64,000 bases of DNA from an uncultured Actinomycetes bacterium (GTDB lineage Bacteria; Actinomycetota; Thermoleophilia; UBA2241), in the NCBI GenBank assembly GCA_963709345.1, contig CAVPVX010000007.1:320001-384000 (forward strand). The letters run 5' to 3'. Positions 28,335-40,512 of this stretch are shown here, piece after piece. The notes under the pieces are model-generated. The model was not told the origin of the DNA, ran no database searches, and was given only the letters and a program-made list of their open reading frames with translations. Both the position numbers and the translations under genes were made by a program. Each line of letters starts with the position of its first letter. The stretch's first letter is position 1.

Positions 28335-28348
28335 CATGAATATTCATG
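28335..28348. promoter_or_regulatory. AT-rich perfect palindrome upstream of the ABC promoter
   Basis: CATGAATATTCATG, just upstream of a minus-strand TTGTGC-18 nt-TAGAAT promoter. Confidence 0.5.
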
Positions 28349-28479
28349 GTCTACGCGACGACGATGGGGCGACCGAGCCTGCAAGCAGGTCCATTGGACC
28401 ACAGAATACTCCATTAGTGCATGGACGCTCACCAGTCTCTCACCTCCGAAGGACGCGCGGCGCACCCCCGCTCCGGCAC

Positions 28480-28517
28480 GCCGAAGGGCGGGGCCGCACG
28501 CGGCCCCGCCCTTCGGC
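28480..28517. terminator. hairpin downstream of mtbB copy 4
   Basis: GCCGAAGGGCGGGGCCGC...GCGGCCCCGCCCTTCGGC inverted repeat. Confidence 0.6.
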
Positions 28518-28602
28518 TCTCTCTCGACGGCACACCTGTCGTCGTGGCCGGCCGCCGCGCGACGGGCGGGCCTCCCGCCCCTCCCCGCGCCGGCTCGTAC
28601 CT

Positions 28603-29988
28603 TTACAGGCGCGCCCGCTCCTTGAACCGCTCGACGCAGTTGATCGGGATATCGAGCAGCTGGCTGATGTTGAACTTGGCCTCCATCATGCCCGCCTCGC
28701 CGGGGTGCGTGGCGGACGTCACGCTGAGCAGCCCCAGGCCATGCTCCTTGCGGATCAGCTCCATGGCCACGGGGTCGCTGAGGTCGCGCGTCGAACAGCC
28801 GAGCTTGCCGGCCACGTATTCCTTGGCTTCCTTGAGACGCATGCGTCTGGTCATCTGCATCCGAGCCACGAGATCTCCCGCTGCCCGCATACCGCCCATG
28901 CCGGACGCCTGCGTGTGGGCCGACTCCATACCGAGAGCGTCGCCCGTGCCCACCTAGTAGCCGTCGATCTTGAGGATCTCGACGAAGGCCTTGCTCGCCC
29001 GCGAGGTCGCGTCGGCCGGCGGGTAGAGGCACGTGGGGACGCCGCCGACGCCCATGCCCACGTTCACGTGGACGGGGATCGTGGCGACCTCGGCGGCCGG
29101 CTTGATGAAGGTGATCGCCCGGGCGATGTTCCAGGCGGTCGACTTGCCTGTGTTGATGTTGACGGCCGGCCCGTAGATGCTGGCGCCGGCCTCGGTGACC
29201 ATGCGCAGTTGGTCCTTGGGCCACATTCCGGCGAGCCTGCTGCCGTCAAACTCGAGCTGGCCGTGCATGCCGAGCACGAACTCGGCCGCCATGCCGATCT
29301 CGATGCCGAGCCACGGGTACTTCGTGCGCAGCTTGCGGCAGGCGGTGAGGGCGGCGAGGAAGTCGGCGTCGCCCGCCGCCCCGGTCGTGTCCATGTCGAT
29401 GCCGTCGGCGCCGGCCTCGATCATGGCGTCGGCGACGAAGCCGATGTCCTCGACCAGCATCTCGCACGCCTCCACCTGGGCGTCGCGCGCCTCGGCGATC
29501 TTGCCCATCGGCAGCAGCTCGGACCAGTTGGGAATGGGGCCGTCCGGCTTGGAATACCGGCCCAGGTCGGGCATGGCGCCGTACTGCACGGGGTTGGTGA
29601 GCAGCGCCTGGGCGATCTTCATGGTCTGGCCCTCGTGGGCCACGTTGGTCTTGACGGCCTTGTACGAATAGTCGGCCTGCCACAGCTCGACCATGTCGAT
29701 GCCGACGACCGTCTCGTAGCTCTGCAGGTCTTGCACGCGGTTGCCGATGTGCTTGGTCCCCGTACCGTCGTTCGACATGACGACTTCGTCGCCGATGTCG
29801 ACGGCGGTGAACCGCGCCGCCGAGGCGTAGATGTCGAGCAGGTGGTCGAGCTCCTCCTGCGTGAGCTCGGGCACCTTGGCCTTCTTGGCCGCGATCTGGG
29901 TACCGGCCTCGAGATCGGCCTTGATCTCGGAACGCGTCAGCTCGACGAGCGACCCGTCACCCATGCGTGTGGGGATCCTGGGCTCCAA
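28603..29988 (-). CDS. mtbB: MtbB-family methyltransferase copy 4, pyrrolysine-containing (amber 28954-28956), 461 aa
   Basis: [38 protein letters not shown]. A TTG start puts the amber at codon 345; alternative ATG at 29994. Confidence 0.92.
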
Positions 29989-30311
29989 TGGCATCACCTC
30001 CGTGCGTCGTCCGGGTCGACCGCTTACGGCGTGGCGGTCACCAGGGCCTGCGGAGAGCCACGTGTGAGAGAAGCGAATCGACCGCTGGTAAGCAGGCCTC
30101 GCGCGCAACTGTACAGCAGCCCGGCGACGGCGCGCCACCGGGTCGCGACGACCCCGAGGCCGGTCTTCAGGCGGCGGCCGGCGAGCGCCGCGGAGGGCGG
30201 GGCGGGAGAAACCACGAACGTCGCCAAGGCGATCGTGACGGCCACGCGCGCCGCGTCACGTCACTCCATGCCCCGCATCCGGCGCACCCGCCCCGCGCCG
30301 CACGCGCACTC

Positions 30312-30387
30312 TGGAGCCGGCGGGCGGAATCGAACCGCCGACCTGCCGCTTACAAGGCGGCTGCTCTGCCAGCTGAGCTACGCCGGC
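30312..30387 (-). tRNA. tRNA-Thr(TGT)
   Basis: Reverse complement GCCGGCGTAGCTCAG...GCCGC-CTTGTAA-GCGGC...GGTTCGATTCC...GGCTCCA. Confidence 0.96.
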
Positions 30388-30477
30388 CCGGTGCCAAGTC
30401 TACCGCAGAGGAGCCATGCCGCGGATCGGGGATGGAGTCGCGGTCGAGGATCCGTCATCCACGCGTGTCCACGGTCG

Positions 30478-31878
30478 TCAGGAGACGGCAGGACCTCGGC
30501 GCGTCCGCTCCGCGAACGCCTCGACCGAGCGCACCGGCAGGTCGAGCACATCCGTGATGGTGAACTTGGCCTCGATCGCCAGCGCGTCGGCGGTCGTCGC
30601 CGTGTCCTCGCTGGGGATCGTCCCCAGCCCGAGCTCACGTCGCACGTCCCACATGACCACCGGGTCGCTCAGATCTCCCGGCTCCACGCCGAGCTTGTCC
30701 GCCACGGCCGCCTTGGCCTCGGGGAGTCGCATCCTTCGCGTCAGCTGCATGCGGGCCACCAGATCTCCGGCGGTCCGCAGTCCGCCCATACCCGACGCGA
30801 CACCATGCCCTATCCCTTGGCTGTGGTTGTCGCCGGCTCCTATCTACAAACCGTCCAGCCGCAGGATGTCGACGCAGGCGCGCGAGGCGCGCGAGACGGC
30901 ATCGACCGGCGGCAGCGCGTGCATGGGCACGCCGCCGACGCCCATGCCGCCGTTCATGTGTACGGGGATCTCGGCGGCGCGGGAACACGGCTTGACGATG
31001 GTGCAGGCGCGCGCGACGTTCCAGGCGACCGACTTGCCGGTGTTGACGTTGACGGCCGGACCGAAGACCGAGGCGCCGGCCTGCGCCGCCAGGCGCATCT
31101 GCGCCTCGGGCCAGAGCCCGGCCAGCCGTACGCCCTCGTACTCGAGCTCGCCGTGCATGCCGAGGACGAACTCGCTCGCCATGCCGATCTGGATGCCCCA
31201 GTCCGGGTATTTCGCGCGGATCCGCTCGATGGCGCGCAGCGCCGCCAGGAAGTCGGCGTCGCCCGCGGCGCCGGCGGTGTCGAGGTTGATGCCGTCGGCG
31301 CCCGCCTCGTACATGCCCTCGGCGACGTAGACGATGTCGTCGACGGCCAGCTCGACGGCCGCCTCCTGGGCAGCGCGGGCGTCGTCGATCCTGCCCAGCG
31401 GCAGTAGCCGCGACCAGTTGGGCACCGGCCCGTCGGGTTCCGTGTAGCGCCCGAGGTCCGGCATGGCGCCGTAGTTGCACGGAATAGTCAGCAGGAGTTG
31501 CGCCCGGCGCATCGTCGCCTGCTCGAAGGGCAGCACCGGCTTGATCGGCTTGAAGGAGTAGTCGTGATGGTAGAGCTCGACGGTGTCGGTGCAGACTGTC
31601 TGCTCGTAGTTCTGCAGGTCGTTGATGCGTGAGCCGGCGTCCTGGCTGCCGACGCCGTCCGAGGTGAGCACCACCTCGTCGCCGATGTCGACGGCGGTGA
31701 ACCGCGCGGGGCTGGCGAAGATGTCGACCAGGTGGCCGAGCTCACCCTCGTCGAGCGGCTCGACCTTGGCTCGCCGGACGGCCGCCTCCGTGCCGTCGCG
31801 TACCTCGGCTTCGATGCCGGCACGGCTCATCCGCACCAGCGAGCCGTCGCCCATCCGTGTCGGGATGACGCTGTCCAT
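30478..31878 (-). CDS. mtbB: MtbB-family methyltransferase copy 5, pyrrolysine-containing (amber 30844-30846), 466 aa
   Basis: [45 protein letters not shown] RBS. Confidence 0.92.
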
Positions 31879-31959
31879 GACTCCTCCAGTCAACCGCCTT
31901 GCCGAAGCCCGTCGGAGCCCCCTCGGGGTCACCGTGAGCTCTCACCCCGGGCCTGTCCG

Positions 31960-31988
31960 AGGCTACACTCCGCGAGCGCGCCTGTCAT
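31960..31988 (-). promoter_or_regulatory. putative promoter of mtbB copy 5
   Basis: ATGACA-17 nt-TAGCCT on the minus strand. Confidence 0.5.
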
Positions 31989-32095
31989 GAACGCATCATT
32001 CGGCAAAGTTGGCGGCGCGCGTAGCGCAAAGGTGGGTGAAGACCGCGTCGCCGCAAGCCGGGCGCATCTGCGCGTCGCACGGCGCACTCGAACGG

Positions 32096-32545
32096 TTAAA
32101 GGGGCGAGGCCCCGCGGGGAGACGGGGCCTCGTTCAAGGGTCTTGGGGGAGAACCCTCGAGGGGGGTGTGATCGCTTGTCAGCGACTGGAGCCACTACTG
32201 ATACTGCCCCGCGATTGTTGAGTGCACGTGAAGTGCGCGTGAAGTCGCGGGTAGCCGCTTGAAGCGAGTAGTGCCTGGACGCTACGAGGCGACGAGGCGC
32301 CGCGAGACAAGGCTCGAAGCCCGATCCTCGGCCCCACGTCTTCGCTCCCGTTAACAGACCGAGGGCCGACGAGCCCGGTCGCTCCAAAGCGACCGTTCCG
32401 CCGGCCCTCAGGCCGTGCGGTTCGCCCGGGGCCGGGGCGAACCAGCAGGAAGATAGGAGGTACCAGCACTTGTCGCTGGCAGCGGGCTTCTCGGAGACGG
32501 GAAGCGTCGCACGACGGACGCTAGAAGCGAGATGCGAAGGAAGTA
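32096..32545 (-). ncRNA. candidate ~450-nt structured non-coding RNA of unknown family
   Basis: About ten consecutive stems; G-U pairs occur on the minus strand; C-rich loops; AT-rich patch at the 5' side; terminator-like hairpin at 32105-32132. Confidence 0.55.
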
Positions 32546-32657
32546 TTAATCGATTATTAATGGATATGAAGTGAGCAGCCTATTGTGGCTGCTTCAAGGC
32601 GACCGATAGTGATAGGTTCATGACCGATTTGAAGACCTTTGGGGGCCCGCCCCGATC

Positions 32658-35558
<2,901 letters not shown>

Positions 35559-35566
<8 letters not shown>

Positions 35567-36344
35567 GGACGCGCTCCAAATCCATCTCCCAGCCGGCCAG
35601 GTCGGCGAGGAGCACGGGGTCGAGCAGGTCGTAGCGGAGCGGCGTGACGGCCACGCAGCCCTGCGCCACGACGTCGAAGTCGGTGTCGACCCACTCGCCC
35701 GAGGCCGGGTGGTCGCAGGGCAGCAGGAACTCCCGCGGCGGCGCGCCGGGGTCGTCGGCCGCCAGCACGACTCTGTCGTGGCAACTTGCGCCGCCGAGGC
35801 GCGCGGGGCGGATGCCCGTGAACTCCGCGAGCGGCCTGTCGGGTAAGTTCACATTGAGGATGCAGTTGCGCGGGAGGCCGCGCTCGATGACGTGCGCGAC
35901 CATGGCGCGCAGCACCGGCACCGCTTCGTCGAGCCACGCGGCCTCAGGGTTCTCCACCGAGAAGGCGACCGCGGGGTGGCCGCGCAGAGCGGCCTCGAAC
36001 GCGGCGCCGACGGTACCCGAGTACGTGATGTCGGCGCCCATGTTGCCGCCGGCGTTGACTCCCGAGACGACGAGGTCCGGCGCCGGCCGGTCGACCCCGA
36101 GCAGGGCGACCCTGACACAGTCCGACGGCGTACCGTCGCAGGCGAAGCCCTGCCAGCCGTCGCCGAACTCCCTCGGCGCCAGGCGCAGGGCGCGGTGGAT
36201 GGTGATCCCCCGAGCCACCGCGCTCGTGTTGCGGTCCGGGGCGATGGTGGTGACGTTCCCGAGGCCCTCGAGGGCACGGCGCAGCACGGCGATGCCGGGA
36301 GCGCCGATGCCGTCGTCGTTGGTGAGGAGGATCTCGAGGGTCAC
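35559..36344 (-). CDS. surE: 5'/3'-nucleotidase SurE (probably leaderless)
   Basis: ILLTNDDG, DGTPSDCV, SGVNAGGNMG, YSGTVGAA motifs; -10 TACAAT 6 nt before the GTG. Confidence 0.92.
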
Positions 36345-36503
36345 CACTTCATTGTACCGGAAGGGCCGGGTGACGTTCGCCACGGACCCTCCCAAGGGAC
36401 GCCGCCATGCTGTAGCCTGTGGAGGCGACGCGCCGCGCGCACGGCCACGGCAGGAAACCCTCGAGCGCCGTCGTAGGAGTCCCGAGCCAAGCTGCAAAGG
36501 AGC

Positions 36504-37409
36504 GTGGTGAGCGAAGCGACCTGCGTTGCGCACGACACCGGCGTCAGGCGCCTGACGGCGCGGCGCGCCGTGGCGCTCCTCGCCTCCCTCCTCGTCGTCT
36601 CGGCGCTCGTGTTCGTGGTCGGAGCCGCGTACCTCTGGCCGCTGTTCGTCTTCCCTCTCGTGCTCGCCGCCGTGTTCTTCTTCGAGCTCGGCAGCCTCAC
36701 CGTGACACTGTGGCTCGGCAACTTCTTCGTGCTGTACTACAGCTTCCGCGCCCCGGCCACGACGGACTCCGTCCGGCAGGCGCTCCTGGGCACCGCCCTC
36801 TTCTTCCTCGCCGGCCTCCTGCTCGGACACGTGCAGCGGCGCCACCAGGTGACGCAGGAGGCGCTCGCCGCCTCGTCGCTCAGCGACCGCCTGACCGGCC
36901 TGTACAACTACGGCACCTTCGTCGACTACCTCCACACGGAGGCGACCAAGACGGACCGCTACGGCGGCGACATGGCGCTCATCATGCTCGACCTCGACGG
37001 CTTCAAGCAGTTCAACGACCGCCACGGCCACCAGACCGGCAACGAACTGCTCCGCCGCGTCGGCACGTCGCTCCGCGGCCTCGTCCGTGACGCCGACATG
37101 GCGGCGCGCTACGGCGGTGAGGAGTTCGCCGTGCTCATCCGCGGGGACGAGACCGACGCCTACGAGTTGGCCGAGCGGCTGCGCCGCGCCGTCGAGGGCA
37201 TCTCCGTGAGCGGCCGAGGCGGCGAGCCGGCGTTCACGACCATCTCCGCGGGCGTCGCCGCCTATCCCGCCGGCGCGCGCGACGAGACCGAGCTCATCGA
37301 ACGCGCCGACGCGGCGCTCTACGAGTCCAAACGCAGGGGACGCAATCGGGTGACCATCTCGACCGTCGTCGCCCGGGAGCAGCAGATCCCCGCCAGCCTC
37401 AGCGCCTGA
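36504..37409 (+). CDS. membrane-bound diguanylate cyclase
   Basis: Transmembrane N-terminus; DRLTGL, DLDGFKQFND, RDAD I-site, RYGGEEF. Confidence 0.9.
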   Translation: MVSEATCVAHDTGVRRLTARRAVALLASLLVVSALVFVVGAAYLWPLFVFPLVLAAVFFFELGSLTVTLWLGNFFVLYYSFRAPATTDSVRQALLGTALFFLAGLLLGHVQRRHQVTQEALAASSLSDRLTGLYNYGTFVDYLHTEATKTDRYGGDMALIMLDLDGFKQFNDRHGHQTGNELLRRVGTSLRGLVRDADMAARYGGEEFAVLIRGDETDAYELAERLRRAVEGISVSGRGGEPAFTTISAGVAAYPAGARDETELIERADAALYESKRRGRNRVTISTVVAREQQIPASLSA

Positions 37410-37475
37410 GGCGCCGGGTCCGGAGTTCGACCCCGGCCGGCGCACGTCGCTTGGGCGACCCTCCGGAAACGCCTT

Positions 37476-38783
37476 CTACCGGCCGAACGCCACCGAGGGC
37501 AGTCTCGTGTCCGGACGCGCGTAGAGGTCGCCGCAGAAGAGCTCGACGCCGTTGCGCTCCAGAAGCCGCTGCTGCCCGGCCTCGCGCACGCCCGTGGCGA
37601 TGAGGTCGGCGCCGATCCGGTCACCGAAGCGCACCAGCAGCTGCACGACGTCGACCGGCGTCGGCTCGCCCCCGAGGCCGGCGACGAGCACGGGGTCGAG
37701 ACACAGATACTCCGGCGCGGCCTCGGCGATGAGCTCCAGCGTCGTGAACTGGGCGCCGAGGCCCGAGATGCACAGCAGAAAGCCGAGCTCACGCACATCG
37801 GCGAGCGTTCGCAGAGTCGAGGCCGTGTTCGTCCCCAGGTCGTCGGCGTCGATCTCGAAGACGACATGCTGCGGCACGAGCGCACGGTTCAGCGAGTAGA
37901 ACTCGCTGACGGCGACGACCGCGGCATTGGGAAGCTCGGCGGCGGCACACCCCAGGAAGAGCAGATCGTCGGCCCGCAACCCTGCAGCCGCGGTGACGGT
38001 GGCCTCGCGCGCGGCGATGCCGTAGGCCGGCAGGAGACGGGAGCGGCGGGCGACATCGAGCAGTACGTCGGGCAGCCGCAGCGGCGAGTAGAAGGGGCCA
38101 CGCACGCTGCTTCTGTAGCCGATCACCTCTCGCCCGACAGGATCCACGACCGGCTCGAACAGGGGCTCGAGCTCGGCGCGGGAGACGCACTCCGCGAGCG
38201 TCGCCTCGAGGTCCTCGTCGTACGCGTCGGCCTGCTCGTTCGCCGCCTGCATCGCGAGGGCGAGGCCTTGCTGCAGATTCTGCTCGAAGGTGAGGCCGGC
38301 ATCGACGTCGACGATCGCGGAGCCGACCGACGGGTGCACGCGGTCGTAGACGCCCGGGGCCAGGTCGTTGAGCAGCAGCGACTGCAGACGCTCGTACACG
38401 CGCCGCGTCACCGCCGCGAGGTCGTCCTCCGAGATGACAGCAGCCGCGCGCGGCGGCGACAGCAGGACGATGAACGCGTCGTCGGTGAGCGTGAAGTCGC
38501 TGACCACGTCGAGGCGGCGCAGGGTGCTTCCCACCATGCCTTCGAGGTTGGCGGCGACGGCGTCGAGGATCTCGGAGACGATCCGCCAGCCGAAGACGGG
38601 CTCGAGACGTCCGTAGCGGTCCAGGCTGATGTACAGGAGCGCGACCTGGCCGGACTTCTCGAGCTCGAGACGGACGGAGTCGGCGACGAGGTTGAGGGAC
38701 GGCAGATGCGACGGACCGTCGCTGACCAGACTGCGCAGCGTGGTGCGGGCCTTGCGCAGCGCATCGTCGCTCGGTCGGTCCAC
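37476..38783 (-). CDS. degenerate GGDEF-EAL domain protein
   Basis: FEPVVD..VIGYRSSVRGP (EAL motif lost), VVFEI, LIATGV, FCGDLYARP; N-terminal GGDEF-like fold without the motif. Confidence 0.7.
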   Translation of the reverse strand: MDRPSDDALRKARTTLRSLVSDGPSHLPSLNLVADSVRLELEKSGQVALLYISLDRYGRLEPVFGWRIVSEILDAVAANLEGMVGSTLRRLDVVSDFTLTDDAFIVLLSPPRAAAVISEDDLAAVTRRVYERLQSLLLNDLAPGVYDRVHPSVGSAIVDVDAGLTFEQNLQQGLALAMQAANEQADAYDEDLEATLAECVSRAELEPLFEPVVDPVGREVIGYRSSVRGPFYSPLRLPDVLLDVARRSRLLPAYGIAAREATVTAAAGLRADDLLFLGCAAAELPNAAVVAVSEFYSLNRALVPQHVVFEIDADDLGTNTASTLRTLADVRELGFLLCISGLGAQFTTLELIAEAAPEYLCLDPVLVAGLGGEPTPVDVVQLLVRFGDRIGADLIATGVREAGQQRLLERNGVELFCGDLYARPDTRLPSVAFGR

Positions 38784-38805
38784 GCTGTTCCCCCTTCCGG
38801 CCGCG

Positions 38806-39153
38806 TCAGGTCGCCTTCTGCTTCTCCTTGGGCTTGTCGCCGCCGGCCGCCGGCTTGTCCGGCGCGGCGGCGGACCCGTCCTTGGCGGTTGCGTCGGACG
38901 AGCCGCTCCCGCCGGCGCCCTCGGACGAGGACTCGCCGGACCCGGAGTCGCACCCGCCGGGGCGGCGGCTGGAGCCCTTGCCGTAGTCGGTGGTGTAGAA
39001 GCCCGATCCCTTGAAGTGGATGGCGACGGGGTGGAGCACCTTGCGCAGCGGTCCGCCGCACGCCTCGCACTCGACCAGCGGGTCGTCGCTCATCTTCTGG
39101 AAGGCCTCGAACGAGGCGCTGCAGTCGTCACACTGATACTCGTAGATGGGCAA
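38806..39153 (-). CDS. FmdB-family zinc ribbon protein
   Basis: MPIYEYQCDDC...CEACGG...FKGSGFYTTDY. Confidence 0.9.
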   Translation of the reverse strand: MPIYEYQCDDCSASFEAFQKMSDDPLVECEACGGPLRKVLHPVAIHFKGSGFYTTDYGKGSSRRPGGCDSGSGESSSEGAGGSGSSDATAKDGSAAAPDKPAAGGDKPKEKQKAT

Positions 39154-39232
39154 GCAGAAATCCCCGGCCGTGGTCAGCGGAATCCGAGTGTAGCACAGGC
39201 CGGCCGCGACCCGCTGCGCCGCGCGGCCGGCC

Positions 39233-39919
39233 TCATGGGGCGAACGGCGGCAGGTGGCCGGCGATCACCTGCACGGGCGCCCAGGCACGGATGCGCCGCC
39301 ATGACTCGAGCAGTTGGGCCGCCGCAGGTCCCGTGGGCCGCATGGCCGCGAACTCGTCCGGGCAGGGGCCGACGGTGTCGCCGCAGAGCACGACCGTCCC
39401 CGCTGCCGTCTCGACGGCAAGGCTGATGTGGCCGTCGCAGTGCCCCGGCGTCAGGGCCCAGCGCACGTCCCCCGCGAGCTCTCCGCCGATACCCGTCAGC
39501 CGCTCGAGCGGCCCCCCACCCAGGAGCGCGGCGGCGAGCGCCCAGTAGGGCGCCGCCGTCTCGAGCTCGTGCACGACCACGGGCGCCGGGAGATCGGTAC
39601 ACCCCCCGACGTGATCGAGGTGCGCATGCGTGAGCACGACGAGATCGACGTCCAAAGGGTTCAGGCCGCGGGCCGCGAGCGCTCCGACCACGGGTTCGTT
39701 CTGCAGCGGCAACCCAGGGTCGACGACGATCGTCCGGGGGCCACGCAGGAGGACGGTGTTCGGGAAGGTCGTCATGCCGACGACGGACCGTCGCTCGCGA
39801 AGTCCCCGATACGCGACGAACGCCTCCGGCGAGCGATGCTCGGGCAGGACCTCGACGGCGTCGCCCTCGACGCTGAACACGAAGCGTGCGGTGGGAATGA
39901 GGATGTCGACTTCGTACAC
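39233..39919 (-). CDS. MBL-fold metallo-hydrolase
   Basis: VVDPG, THAHLDHVG, TPGHCDGH, CGD and AGH motifs. Confidence 0.85.
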   Translation of the reverse strand: MYEVDILIPTARFVFSVEGDAVEVLPEHRSPEAFVAYRGLRERRSVVGMTTFPNTVLLRGPRTIVVDPGLPLQNEPVVGALAARGLNPLDVDLVVLTHAHLDHVGGCTDLPAPVVVHELETAAPYWALAAALLGGGPLERLTGIGGELAGDVRWALTPGHCDGHISLAVETAAGTVVLCGDTVGPCPDEFAAMRPTGPAAAQLLESWRRIRAWAPVQVIAGHLPPFAP

Positions 39920-39953
39920 GAGGGCTGCCTCGGCCGGTGGCGCTCCAACCGTC

Positions 39954-40274
39954 TCAGGCCGAGACGGCCGGCCCCCCTTCGTCGTCGCGCGCGTACAGGA
40001 AGTCGACCTTGTCCATGTTCATGATGATGAAGGGTGCGGTGTCCAGAAGCTCCTGGGTGCCCTTGTTGAAGATGCGCACCTTGGACAGGGTCAGGCGCAC
40101 GTCGCTGAACGACCGGATGTAATCACTGGCGCGGCGAGAGCTGGCTCGGTGCCCGACGCCGAAGTGGGCGATGCCGACGATCTTGAACTCGCCCATGTAG
40201 GCGACGATCTCGAGCTCCTTGAAGTCGGAGTCGGCGGCAAAGCCGTCGAGTCCGCCGTGTCCCTCAGTCTCCAT
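39954..40274 (-). CDS. conserved hypothetical protein (DUF6812-like)
   Basis: RRASDYI...LTLSKVRI...PFIIMNMDKVDF; strong coding codon bias. Confidence 0.65.
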   Translation of the reverse strand: METEGHGGLDGFAADSDFKELEIVAYMGEFKIVGIAHFGVGHRASSRRASDYIRSFSDVRLTLSKVRIFNKGTQELLDTAPFIIMNMDKVDFLYARDDEGGPAVSA

Positions 40275-40512
40275 CGTCTGGCCCTCCCGTCGTCGGCCGG
40301 CCTGCCGCGGTGGGACCGGCAGCGGAACACGGCGTGCCGGCGAAGGCGCCGACCGCGCCGCGGCTGGGACGCAGCGCCAGCCGTAGCCGGCCCAGCGCCA
40401 CGCGCCGTGATTCGCCTCGCCGCGGCGCCAGCACGACGCCCAGAGCCGCACCTGCGGCGCTCCCGATATCCGATCTGCCGATCATCTCCATGATCGACCC
40501 ACTATAGCGACG

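Noticed and set aside
30100-30115. Cobalamin riboswitch (GCAACTGT) near mtbB4
   Set aside because: Wrong strand for the gene, and no GGGAA or B12-box elements around it.
30312-30387. tRNA inside the cluster as tRNA-Pyl
   Set aside because: Anticodon is TGT with canonical D and T arms (76 nt). No CUA-anticodon tRNA was seen in the window.
28021-31407. Long antisense ORFs (1128 aa here; also 40744-43731, 45712-47739 and others)
   Set aside because: These are shadow frames opposite real high-GC genes, with no recognisable motifs.
14936-31878. Amber-split methyltransferases as nonsense pseudogenes
   Set aside because: The TAG is at the same codon in five diverged paralogs and at the known Pyl site in two families, with full conservation downstream.
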